A stretch of 64,000 nt of DNA from Octopus sinensis (lineage: Eukaryota). Numbering within the stretch: position 1 is the first letter of the stretch; each line of letters starts with the position of its first letter. The notes under the pieces were generated by a model. It was not told where the DNA came from and made no database searches. It was given only the letters and a program-made list of their open reading frames with translations. This document shows, piece by piece, positions 12,545-24,098 of this stretch. The stretch is taken from positions 26,908,001 through 26,972,000 of the forward strand of contig NC_043000.1 of NCBI RefSeq assembly GCF_006345805.1, given 5' to 3'. Position numbers and translations under genes: made by a program.

Positions 12545-13649
12545 GAGACGAAAGAAGCTTCATTCTATCATCAAGGAAAGTAAAAAATTTGCTATCGATC
12601 TCGTGCAGGATACCCAAACTGAACAACTCGAGGGAAGTACGGCAACTATTGTTGCAAAGAAGGTGAAAATGATGGCAATGAAAAAAGCGCACGAGCTATT
12701 GGCTGATAGGTTGGAGGAGAAACCTCTGCACGGCAAATATGTGACCCGCAGCAAACAAGCTGATGTTGACCAGAAGCAAACCCATCAGTGGCTGCGGAGC
12801 TCAGGGCTAAAAGCAGAGAGCGAAGGTTTCATCCTGGCTGCTCAAGACCAAAGCCTATTAACCTGGAACTACCAAGCCAATGTGATGAAAAATGGAGCAG
12901 ACCCAAAATGCCGATTCTGCAACGACATGATTGAAACAGTGGACCACCTAATCTCTGGATGTAAAGTCTTAGCACCAGTGGAGTATAAATTAAGACATGA
13001 CAGAGTTGGCCAATATCTACACTGGCTATTAAGTCGGCATTACAATATCAAAACTGCCAACAAGTGGTATAATCACCACCCTGAGGCTGTAACTGAAGGA
13101 GAAAATGTAACGATTCTGTGGGACTTTCCAGTACATACAGACCGAACCATCAAGGCCAATAAACCAGATATTGTTGTGAAAGACCAAAACAATAAAGTTT
13201 GCTTATTGATCGACATAAGCATCCCCTGTGATCATAATATCGCGGCGAAAGAGTTTGACAAGCTCAGAAAATATAAAGACCTACTCATTGAAATTGAGAA
13301 AATGTGGCATCTCAAGGCGGTTACAATACCAGTGATCGTAGGAGCACTAGGAATGATCAAGAAGGGAACCGAAAATTATATGAGAATGATCCCTGGCTTA
13401 CCATCCCTGCAAGAAGTGCAAAAGATTGTCTTAACTGGTACATCACACGTATTGAGAAGAGCATTGTCGATGTGAGAACTGTTGCTGCTCATGTATTTTA
13501 ATTTAACTTAAAAAAAAAAAAAAAAAATGAACGAACTACTGAGATTGGTTTAATGGCCTACCAATATACACTATGAGTTTCTTTGCCCTAGGAGTCGGGA
13601 AGACACTCGGCAAGAAATGGAAGAAAATTTGAAAGAAGAAAAAAAAAAG
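12545..13649 (+). mobile_element. 5'-truncated R4/Dong-clade non-LTR retrotransposon in (TAA)n
   Basis: C-terminal ORF plus ~175 bp 3' UTR ending in an A-rich tail, followed by TAATAATAAT. Preceded directly by a (TAA)n array. TAA-repeat targeting is established for Dong. Confidence 0.92.
12603..13475 (+). CDS. C-terminal part of R4/Dong ORF: CCHC zinc knuckle and PD-(D/E)xK endonuclease (open, but lacks RT)
   Basis: CRFCNDMIETVDHLISGC (CCHC), RHD motif, ILWDF, NKPDIVV...LLIDISIP...K..KY, IPVIVGALG. The frame stays open upstream to ~12545. Confidence 0.93.
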   Translation: MQDTQTEQLEGSTATIVAKKVKMMAMKKAHELLADRLEEKPLHGKYVTRSKQADVDQKQTHQWLRSSGLKAESEGFILAAQDQSLLTWNYQANVMKNGADPKCRFCNDMIETVDHLISGCKVLAPVEYKLRHDRVGQYLHWLLSRHYNIKTANKWYNHHPEAVTEGENVTILWDFPVHTDRTIKANKPDIVVKDQNNKVCLLIDISIPCDHNIAAKEFDKLRKYKDLLIEIEKMWHLKAVTIPVIVGALGMIKKGTENYMRMIPGLPSLQEVQKIVLTGTSHVLRRALSM

Positions 13650-13672
13650 TAATAATAATAATTATAAATAAT

Positions 13673-13875
13673 ATGAAGATAGTGCCAATAATTGTTGGGT
13701 TCTTGGAGACAGTATCAGAAAGCATCAGGAGGAATATAAGGAAATTGGAATACTAAACAAGAAATGAAGAGCATTATAAAAAGAACATATGAAAAAAAAC
13801 CGTACAAGTTATATCTGGATTCTCAATAGTACACATTATCCAAAATATAGCTCTGCTAGGAACAACAAGACACTA
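13673..13875 (+). pseudogene. Old R4/Dong C-terminal remnant
   Basis: MKIVPIIVGFLETVS... and IIQNIALLGTTRH correspond to VTIPVIVGALGMI and VQKIVLTGTSH in the young copy. Confidence 0.65.
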
Positions 13876-14003
13876 TCAATTCAATAATACAACCTAAACA
13901 AAATAACACGCGAACACAAGACACTCTCTATAGAGCAATTACACTGTGGAATAAACTTCCACCGGCAAACCAAATAACCGACGCATTATACACTCAACAC
14001 TCT

Positions 14004-14453
14004 GATTTGAACTCAGAGAGTAAAGACGGACAAAATACCTATTTAATTACTACCCACAAGGGGCTAAACAGAGAGGAGATAAACAAGGACAGACAAACGG
14101 ATTAAGTCGATTATATCGATCCCAGTGTATAAGTGGTACTTAATATATCGACCTCAAAAGGATGAAAGGCAAAGTCGACCTCGGGTGAATTTGAACTCAG
14201 AACGTAGCGGCTGACGAAATACCTATTTCTTTACTAACTCATGAGCGGCTAATACAGAAGGGACGAACAAGGACAGACACACGGATTAAATCGATTATAT
14301 GGACCCCAGTGCGTAACTGGTACTTAATTAATCGACCCCGAAAGGATGAAAGGCAAAGTTGACATCGGCGGAATTTGAACTCAGAACGTAGCGGCAGCCG
14401 TAATACCGCTAAGCATTTCACCTGGCGTGCTAACGATTCTGCCAGCTCACCGC
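14004..14453 (-). mobile_element. Nested/tandem SINE A cluster (3 units)
   Basis: One head at 14453, then two tail|GGTATTT junctions (14223/14224 and 14039/14040). Confidence 0.9.
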
Positions 14454-15046
14454 GTTGATAACAATTGGCCTCCGTAACGACTCGGACACTAACAAAACAA
14501 CGTACTACTTCCACCGTTTTTCCATATGCCTGAGGTAAATGTTTCTTTGTTCTAACACTAGTTAAACACTGAGTTGTTGTTGGTTCCTGCTCAACCCTGG
14601 CCAATCAGGCCTATTATCTAAAGCGTTCTATTCACGACCATCCTACCTTAGATGGTGGATACATAGGACTAAATTATATAAAGTGTGTTCTCTACGCTTT
14701 AAAGATGCTGGAATACGACTCGAGGGCATTATATCTGCTGTTCCTAATGGGCCTAGATAAGTGTACCCTAATACAACGAAGTGCCGATTAGGAGTAGTTT
14801 CACCTTGGGGAGCGAGGAAGCGGAGAATCTGATTCCTCAGGATATCGAACCTAAATGTCATGAACATAGACCTAGTTATTGTGACTTTCCAACTCACAGA
14901 CACCAGAAGCTTTTTAAAGCGCAGAGTTATATAATTCATACAATAAGATTACATTTGGTTTGAAAGAAAAAAAACGTATGTTCTAAAGGACTGATTTTAA
15001 ACCTTTGAACTAACAACTTTGTTACGTCAATACATTTCCTGTATTA

Positions 15047-15432
15047 TGGAAGCACTCCGTCGGTCACGACGATGAGGGTTCCGGTTGATCCGAATCAACG
15101 GAACAGTCTGCTCGTGAAATTAACGTGTAAGTGGCTGAGCACTCCACAGACACGTGTACCCTTAACGTAGTTCTCGGGGATATTCAGCGTGACAAAGAAA
15201 GTGACAAGGCCGGCCCTTTGAAATACAGGTACAACAGAAACAGGAAGTAAGAGTGAGAGAAAGTTGTGGTGAAAGAGCACAGCAGGGATCACCACCATCC
15301 CCTGCCGGAGCCTCGTGGAGCTTTAGGTGTTTTCGCTCAATAAACACTCACAACGCCCGGTCTGGGAATCGAAACCGCGATCCTATGACCGCGAGTCCGC
15401 TGCCCTAACCACTGGGCCATTGCGCCTCCACG
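15047..15432 (-). mobile_element. tRNA-derived SINE, family C, 13 bp TSD
   Basis: Minus strand GGAGGCGCAATGGCCCAGTGGTTAGGGCAGCGGACTCGCGG...GGTTTCGATTCCCAG is a tRNA-like head with A and B boxes. TSD ATTTCCTGTATTA at 15034-15046 and 15433-15445. Near-identical copy at 58993-59376. Confidence 0.93.
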
Positions 15433-17004
15433 ATTTCCTGTATTAACCTGTCGGGAAAAGTACAGTACAACGAAATCAGATCAAAATGAAATCAACACTG
15501 TAGAATTCGGAAGTAGTGGTCTATAGGAACAATTATTGTCGGTTAAGTTTCTAAAGATACTTTATAAGTCTCAGTTGAAAAATAATGATGAGTAGTTAGA
15601 TTAATATATATATAAAAACATCGACTGCAACGTAGCGCTGTTACTTTAGGTAACGTTGGTAATAAATCCGATGAACTTTGCAGGAAAATCTGTAAGAATG
15701 TTTTAAATTTATACAAATATATTGGTCTTTTTCCTTCCTTTCTGTCTTTCTTTCTTTCTTTCTCTCTCTCTCTCTCTCCCCTCTTTTTTTGTTCTCTCCG
15801 AGAAAAGAAAAGGTGAGAAAGAAAACAACGACACCACAACAATGATTAGCACAGCATAACGTTTTTAGTCATTTCATTCGAGTTTTGTGAAACAGCGACA
15901 ATAAAACAGAAACACACTACAATACATATATGCTTACATATATAAATATTCATACAAACATAGAAACATACATACACATATACATACACACGTACATCCA
16001 TCCATACATACACATGTGTGTGACGTATATATGTACATAAGTATGTATGTATGTATGTATGTATGTATGTATGTATGTATGTATGTATATTTATGTATGT
16101 ATATGTAACATTTACATTATCAATCAGTCACATTTAACGCTATTGGAAGCAAAGCTCTTTTGACTAATGTTATTTTCAAAAAGGGTTTCTTGACACATGT
16201 CATTGATTTCTTGTTTAGGAAGCATTGTATTGAAAAGAATATAATTCTGAAACATTTCCTTTCATTTGAAATATTTTTGTAGCAGCTCAAACAATATTAT
16301 TTGCTATGTTATGTACAACAAAGTAGAATTTCGTCTCAGGCCCAGGAACTAATATACTATTTCAGCTTTGATGATTATATCGTTATAAAGAAATGCTACA
16401 AAGAAACGACAAAATTGTATTACAATCGAATACTCACTCACTGTAAGATGTAGATGCTAATATATACCTGTGTTGTATTCATGTTTGTTGAATATATTGA
16501 TGGCAGTTCTCTCTGGTTATTAATGTCCAGTATTCAGCATCACCATCCTGAAAATGTCCTCTTCCCGTTTATCCATATATATGTGTGTTATATGTAGGTA
16601 CGTCCTCTTCTGGTTTTAATTATTTAAATTCTTCCTTTGAGGAAGGAGCTCGTTTCTAACAAAGATGCAATGCTCTATCGTTGGAATGTAGGTATCGAAA
16701 ACAATGTCACATTTTAAACTTGAGAAAAAGCTTGCATAATTTTACTGTTTTGCTTCTGGGTCGTATTTATGTATATATTTATATATAATAAATATAAATA
16801 TATATATATATATATCCCTGTAAACAATAATAATGGTGGTTTTATATCAGCTTAAAGCTTATTGCGATCACCGTGCAATGACTACGGAAAATAGTCTAAT
16901 AGAGGGGCATATAAGCCCACGACAGAAAAAAGAAGGCTTGAGGTTAGTAGACTGCGTTGTTAACCACTACACCGTATGCCCATGGGCAATTATGGAGCGA
17001 ATTT

Positions 17005-17366
17005 TAGGGCTTATAATATCTTAATATTTTCCTATCCTTCCGTACTACCGGTTCCCATATGCTCCTCATATCTACACTCGGTCTGCTTAGGAGGTTGCTG
17101 TGTCATAGCATATGTGCTGCTTCTTTTAGTTTTCATATTTTCCAGTGGTGTTCTCTGTCTATTATTTTAAATTCATCACACAGGGGGAGGTGGTCTCTGT
17201 TTTTCTGTACATGATCAGCTACATCCGATTTATCAATATCTCCTTGTATCACAGCTTTGCGATATTCGTCTACACTTATTTTGAGGGGCGTCATGTTTCG
17301 TCTTTGAATAACCTACCACAGCCGTCTTTGCTCATATTCGCTTCTATTGGTGATTTTACTCGAAGA
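17005..17366 (-). pseudogene. Penelope-like element GIY-YIG endonuclease C-terminus remnant
   Basis: RVKSPIEANMSKDGCGRLFKDET*R (frameshift) PLKISVDEYRKAVIQGDIDKSDVADHV..DEFKIIDREHHWKI*KLKEAAHML*HSNLLSRPS follows the PLE pattern C..C...YxGET.R.L..R..EH....S..A.H....I...E.....R...E. Confidence 0.8.
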
Positions 17367-17449
17367 AGATATTTGCGAAGTGTTGTAAATAATGTAAATA
17401 ATACAAATAATATTCTTTCTCTTGTATTTCTCCAGAGAGCACAAGAGAA

Positions 17450-17520
17450 TATATCGTCTTCCTTGTGGTCCCACACGACAATATCTGGCCGGTTGTGGTT
17501 TAACTTGGTGCCTGTTTAAA
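17450..17520 (-). pseudogene. Short R4/Dong endonuclease fragment
   Basis: TGTKLNHNRPDIVVWDHKE matches TDRTIKANKPDIVVKDQN of the 12603 ORF. Confidence 0.6.
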
Positions 17521-17912
17521 TTTTATGTTCCACCCATATAATTTTGACCCATCGATCTCAATATAGTCAACTTCGTTTGTTTTATGTATGTATGTCATTA
17601 TTCAACTTTATTTCAATATTTCTTGCCAATAGAGAAAGATCTCGTTTCTAACCTAAATCCAAGTATTCTTCATTGGAATTTCAGCAACATGAACAGGGTA
17701 CTTTTGTATGTATGTATACATGCAGATTCGTATGTTTGTTTTATGTCTTCTCATGCATATACTTGCATATCTAGACATGCTCGTATATAGTTAAATAATA
17801 AACCTCCGGAAGGTTTAACAGATTTTTGCAGTATTTATGTATGTATGTATATATGCATGTATATATGTATGTATGTATGGATGGATGGACGGATGCATAC
17901 ATGCATGCATGC

Positions 17913-17943
<31 letters not shown>

Positions 17944-18491
17944 ATATTTTATCAAGATTTCAGTGACTTACCGATATATAGGTCCTTTTGGTTACAGCTA
18001 GATTGCGATCTTTTACGTTAACATTTAATGACAGAAACACCTACTATGGTGTTTACATCGTCTTATAAAAAAGGCATTTATCCGGAATGTAATATGAATT
18101 TTCGAATGTGATTTGAAGAAAAACATCTACGTTCACGGCTGGAAATACCGTGATAGCTTCTAGATTACAAATATATGTTTGGTTATTGATTTAAACTGCA
18201 GTGATGTATCTCTGCAAAACCGAACGATCTTGTGTGCGCAGAAGACGTACTAAAATTTCCTAGATAACAAGTTAAATTGAAGCCCGTTTTATATATGGTT
18301 ATATATGGTGAAATCTCTTTCTGGTTAGATAAGTATTTGATCTTTTGATAAATCAGTTGTTAAAAAACACGTAAAAGGTTGCAACTAATTATCGAATGCA
18401 AACAATAAGTATCTGAATGATAAAGGTCAGATATTTCCATAAGTCACCTGTAAAGGTAAATGTTTATGCATGTCTTCTATTTATTCATTTT

Positions 18492-18547
<56 letters not shown>

Positions 18548-18739
18548 CTCACACATTCATTTATGCACATTTGTATATGCTTACAATGACTGCGGCAATC
18601 TTAGACCCATTCTTCAGATTTTCTAAGCCTGCTTAATTTTTAGGGTTTATAAAGAGAGTAAAGGATCAAACTTAATTTTCTATCTCGTTTCCTACAAAAA
18701 AGACTATCACACAGTCGCACACACACACACGCACACGCA

Positions 18740-18773
<34 letters not shown>

Positions 18774-19006
18774 CACACATAAGAATATCTTTTGTTTTTC
18801 CATTGTTTTAAGTTTTATTCTTCATGTAGGACTCCAGGTGCACAACATTTAGGATTCATAAGTAAAGTAACGCTAGAAAAAGAAACAGCGATTTCTTATA
18901 CAATGGATTATGTAGTGTCTGCTCAATAATCGTTCTTTATAATCTCTTAATGGTTTTGTTACATCGTGAGATATGGGATCAGTGCTGCTGACAAGAAGAA
19001 ATGAAA

Positions 19007-19679
19007 ACCAGTTGAGCATGACCTTTGGTGGCTGACGATATGTGCATCATAACTCACCTCTGGAAACATGAGTGCTTCATGTATCATCCTTAAACAAACC
19101 ATATTTAGGAACCTTGTGTGCGTGAAGGGCTACTCGACATGAAGAAAATTCTAGCTGTGCCCCAACTGCAAAGGCATGTGCTGTTTATCTAGATATGAGA
19201 TCACCATGTCACGCACATGTGGTTGCAACGCATGTGCGTGGTGGACTCTTATCACACGGGTAGTCATGATGGGTATATTGGGCTTCCTATATTTGTACCT
19301 CAGTGTCACTTTCATGGCATGCATTGCTCTCACGCAGAAATAATAAGGCAATGCCAGGCACAAATAATAATGCAATACCGGGCAGTGGCTCTCATGGTTT
19401 CTGATCTTAACTGATTGGTAGTGTTATCATGTACATTGTTTTGTCTTGGTATAAAAGATGGGTTACAGCAAATATTCTGCACAATATCCCAAATTTGCTT
19501 GTCAGTTGTTTGACCTTAACCAGTTCATTTTTATCCCTTGGAGCATCATAGACATGTGTTGAGAGATATTCTTTGGCGTTTGAATAATTCATCTCTAGGA
19601 AACATGAGTGGTTTGTTCATCATCTTTAAACAACCCTTTATACAGTGACCTTTTGAGCGGGATGGGCTACTCTACCTGT
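19007..19679 (+). mobile_element. Two head-to-tail partial copies of family T joined by short TAA spacers
   Basis: A 3' part (19007-19333) ends GCTCTCAC, then AAATAATAA. After CAAATAATAA a 5' part (19371-19679) begins TGCAATACCGGGCAGTGGCTCTCATGG. Both align to 10981-11469. Confidence 0.75.
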
Positions 19680-20682
19680 AAAACTCAGATATGCACGTTT
19701 TGGCAGTTACTTCATCATTATTTGAGGTCAGTTGTCTTTTCTTGGAACCCCTGACGGCTGCGAACCAGACCTTTGTGCCATTTATATTATTTTGAGAGTT
19801 ATGACTGTCATAAAACTGTTAGTGCATTTTTTGAGTTTAAACTTAACACCAGAAATATATTACGTAAAATGCATCCACCAATGAATACTTTAAATATATC
19901 ACAAAACAGTGCGTATTATATAGGAAAATACATTTGTTAATGTATGAGATGCCAGGAATATTATTATATTTCTAAATCTCTCAGAGAGATTTATGCAGTA
20001 TCAGCACGATAACGTGATAGTATGTTGTCAATGAAAAAAAGGAAGAATGCTACTGTTATTTAGCCCTAGGAAACACCGTTTCATGTTGGACTTCATACAT
20101 TTCCCGTGTCCTTATGTTTTCAAAGTGAAGACAAGCACCTCCGCCGAGCATCTACTTAATGGTTAAGTATGTTCTGGGATGCGGCTATTTTACAAATCGG
20201 ATTTAAGATACAAGGCTGCCTTAAATGTGGTCTGACAAATTAAAATATTCATTTGGAATTGTGAGGAAAAAATAAATAAGGCATCGCGGACAAAATAATC
20301 AGGAAATCGATACAATATAGATAAAATCGCATTATATATACAGAACTGAAAATGGTATATAAGGAAAGGAAAACCTGTTGATATTAATTTAATAATACTT
20401 TTAAATGTTGAAAGTTTAAGCGTTTGTATTTATAAGGATGGTCTAAGGGGATATCAAACAAAAGCAGCTAATAGTTGATCATAACCACCTAAAGGAACTT
20501 TTATCTTCCAATCATATAATAAGCTCTGTTTTTTCAATGGTCTGAAGAGATATAAATCTGTACACGATGCTAAAAGTGTCAAGATTCTGTATCGGATTTG
20601 AAAAGGAATTGATGTTTATGTGCTAATTGTGGTAAAAACTGCAAACCATTTCCTTGCAACACATTCGCAATCCACACGCACT

Positions 20683-20685
<3 letters not shown>

Positions 20686-20771
<86 letters not shown>
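20686..20771. repeat. (CA)n microsatellite
   Basis: ~85 bp CA run; a similar run lies at 18496-18543. Confidence 0.98.
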
Positions 20772-20773
<2 letters not shown>

Positions 20774-22067
20774 GGTATTGAAGCGAAACGCATCGTAGGA
20801 ATATACATAGATGTCTGTGTGCTTGCGTGTATATATGCATGCTTCTTCGCGTATGTGTATGTCTGTGTGTGTGTGTAATATAATTATATATGTGTTATAT
20901 AGGTAGACTATACTAAGAGCTGTGTTTATCTGTATATTCGTCTGTTTGTCTGTCACACGTTACCCGCAGATCAAGGTGATTTCAAGTTAATGTTTAAATA
21001 GATCAAACAAGACACTAAGTGTTTTCAATTTATTCATGGAATTAGCATATGTCGCATCAAAGATTATTTGCCCCCGATCCTCACCGAAAAGAAATGACCT
21101 CGAATATCATGCTCTCATAATGCAATATAGACTTCAATATTTGTTAACATGCAACAATTATGAAATCCAAAATCCATGAAAACATTCTTTTTTCTTCAAT
21201 GAAAATTATTTCAACGAAATTTATCATTTACCACTTGGTTTATGCATAAAGATCCGGTTGAACCTCTTCGCTGAAATGCTATGTGAATATTAAACGTTAA
21301 TTATTGACCTTTAACCTCTGCCTCAACTGTTATTGATATGCACGTACATATTCATAAATGTGAGATACATGGTTACACGTGCTTCTAGAAGTAGGTGTCC
21401 AGTTTCCCTCAAGCCAAACTCATACACGCATCATAATGATGAAAAGGGAACTTTAACTAGGGACCTTGTTATGGAGAAGTCGTCTAAGTAAATGTATAAC
21501 ATTGTACAAGATATATGCTACGCTTACAAAACAGAATAAAATAATTTTGAAATAAACATTTTGTTGAAAGCCATTAAAAATATTTGTTCGAATTTTGTTG
21601 AATATGATGTCAATAAGTTACCCAATTAAAAAACAGTTAATATATCTATTTTTCTGAAAATGAAAGTAATGCTGAAGTTAATTATTTTTTATTCTTTCAA
21701 AGACTTTTTGTACTTAAACTGAATATATTTTATATTATGGGTAGCGTCTTAAACAGAAAAAAAATTTGAGATTAAAAAGTCAATTATCTTGTCGGCAAAT
21801 CGATGGATATCGAAAAAGCATATGGAAATATATGTTCTTTTGTTTCTCTTTATATCCTTTCCTTCTTTTGTAACTTCTCCAGCGATTGCATGTGTATACC
21901 AGTATGTATGATTTGGGGTTCCATCCCACAGAATATATGACATTGTGAATGGAATTAGGGAAACGGAGATTCTAAAAGCCCATCAAGTGAACTTTAACAT
22001 CCGCTTCAAGAGTCAGCTTTGTCACGAATTGAGACCTACCGTATTTGATGTCATATAAGAAGTTCTT

Positions 22068-22277
22068 ATAAAGGCGGCGAGCTGGCAGAAGCGTTATCAC
22101 GCCAGGCGAAATGCTTTGCGGTATTTCGTCTGACGCTAAGTCTTGAGTTGAAATTCGTCGAGGTCGACTTTGCCTTTCATCCGTTCCAGTTACGCACTGG
22201 GGTTGATATAATCGACTTAATCCGTTTGTTTGTCTTTGTTTGTCCCCTCTGTGTGAAGCCCCTTGTGGGCAGTAAAT
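22068..22277 (+). mobile_element. SINE family A, 15 bp TSD, small internal deletion
   Basis: GGCGGCGAGCTGGCAGAAG head. TSD ATATAAGAAGTTCTT at 22053-22067 and 22278-22292. Confidence 0.92.
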
Positions 22278-22351
22278 ATATAAGAAGTTCTTTTTAAAAG
22301 ACAGTGTCTCAAAGAAGCCTCATGAGCTCTATATGGGACTTACATAATCGA

Positions 22352-22532
22352 AATTTGGTTTTAAGTTTTAACACAGATCCAGTCATTTTTGAAGGGAAGG
22401 GTGAGTCGATTGTATCAATCCTAGAACTTATTTTATCGACCCGGTAAGAAGAAAAGACAAAATCGACCGAATTAGAACTCAGAACGCAAGAATTTGGTTC
22501 TTTGTGCTATCGGTCTTGTCAGCTCGCTGCCT
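22352..22532 (-). mobile_element. Old SINE A-related copy
   Basis: TTATTTTATCGACCCGG...GAACTCAGAACG...GTCAGCTCGCTGCCTT matches the family A core and head in reverse. Confidence 0.65.
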
Positions 22533-22597
22533 TCCTACAGTCTAATATTACATGCTTCAAAACACTATTTGTTTTCTTCTGAAATAGGCGCCGTTAA

Positions 22598-23165
22598 TAT
22601 TCTTTTCTACTTTAGGCACAAGATCGAAAATTTGGGGGGAGGGGAACAATCGATTAGATCGACCCCAGTACGCACCTTGTACTTAATTTATCGATCCCGA
22701 AAGAATGAAAAGCAAAGTCGACCTCGGCGGAATTTGAACTCAGAACGTAAGACAGACGAAATACCTATTTCTTTACTACCCTCAAGGGGCTAAACAAGGA
22801 CAGAAAAACGGATTAAATCGATTATATCGACCCCAGTGCGTAAACGGTACTTATTTAATCGACCCCGAAAGTATGAAAGGCAAAGTCGACCTCGGCGGGA
22901 TTTGAACTCAGAACGTAGCGGCAAACGAAATACCTATTTCTTTACTACCCACAAGGGGCTAAACACAGAGGGGGCAAACAAGGACAGACAAACGGATTAA
23001 GTCGATTATATCGTCCCCAGTGCGTAACTAGTACTTATTTAATCGACCCCGAAAGGATTGAAGGCAAAGTCCACCTCGGCGGAATTTGAATTCAGAACAT
23101 AACGGTAAACGAAATGTGGCTACGCATTTCGCCCGGCGTGCTAACGTTTCTGTCAGCTCGCCGCC
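22598..23165 (-). mobile_element. Nested SINE A cluster: two young units inside an older-tail relative
   Basis: Head at 23165. Junctions tail|GGTATTTCG at 22934/22935 and 22765/22766. The leftmost unit carries the older tail (CCCCCCCAAATTTTCGATCTTGTGCC). Confidence 0.9.
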
Positions 23166-23291
23166 AATGGCGCTGCTAGTGTTGGGGTGTGTCTCTATAT
23201 ATCCGTGCGTCTTTAATGCCATGAAATACAGTATGTATTTTCTTTTACTGCTATGCACATGAGGCCTGAAATTTTGTGAGTGGTGGGGCTA

Positions 23292-23664
23292 CAGATGTTC
23301 TCAAACTTTTTGGGCCACCGCCAACTCATGGCCACATTATACCCTCAGCGCCCCCACCCATAATTTTATGTACATATAAAAATTTTATATTTTACTAATT
23401 TATATATAAAATCAATCATTTGATATTTAATATAATATTATATAATTTGTATACAATATTATAATAATACAGTTATATATTTGATATTATAATAATATCA
23501 TAGGCGCGGGAGTGGCTGTGTGGTAGGTAGCTTGCTAACCAACCACATAGTTCCGGGTTCAGTCCCACAGCGTGGCATCTTGGGCAAGTGTCTTCTGCTA
23601 TAGGCCCGGGCCGACCAATGCCTTGTGAGTGGATTTGGTAGACGGAAACTGAAAGAAGCCTGTC

Positions 23665-23749
<85 letters not shown>

Positions 23750-24098
23750 TCCCTCTAGCATTGCTTGACAACCGATGCTGATGTGTTTACGTCCCCGTCA
23801 CTTAGCGGTTCGGCCAAAAGAGACCGATAGAATAAGTACTGGGCTCACAAAAAATAAGTATCGGGGTCGATTTGCTCGATTAAAAGCGGTGCTCCAGCAT
23901 GGCCGCAGTCAAATGACTGAAACAAGTAAAAGAGTAAAAGAGTTTACTAATTTCATAGCGTCCCCAATCCACTGCTTTTCTTCCACCTCTCCTATTTCTC
24001 TATTGCCCTCACCTCCTCCGCTCCCTTAGGCACCAGCGCTCACCTGGACCGTCTCAACGACAACCGGAGGGCGGTAGTCCCTATTTACAGAACCTATG
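23292..24098. mobile_element. Possible hAT-like non-autonomous DNA transposon interrupted by SINE B
   Basis: The left end CAGATGTTCTCAAACTTTTTGGGCC and the right end GGGCGGTAG...TTTACAGAACCTATG form degenerate TIRs resembling the CAGxGGTTCTCAAAC termini of Charlie-type hATs. No TSD seen. Confidence 0.4.
23503..23943 (+). mobile_element. CORE-type tRNA SINE, family B (octopus OR-like), with internal (TA)n(TG)n
   Basis: Head GGCGCGGGAGTGGCTGTGTGGTAGG...GGTTCAGTCCC; CORE-like GCATCTTGGGCAAGTGTCTT; internal microsatellite; 3' GGTGCTCCAGCATGGCCGCAGTCAAATGACTGAAACAAGT(AAAAGAGT)n. The OR name is from memory and needs a Dfam/Repbase check. Confidence 0.93.

Noticed and set aside
14004-14453. CRISPR-like or satellite array suggested by regularly repeated units
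   Set aside because: The units are ~170-230 bp SINE bodies with no unique spacers and no cas genes, in eukaryotic DNA.
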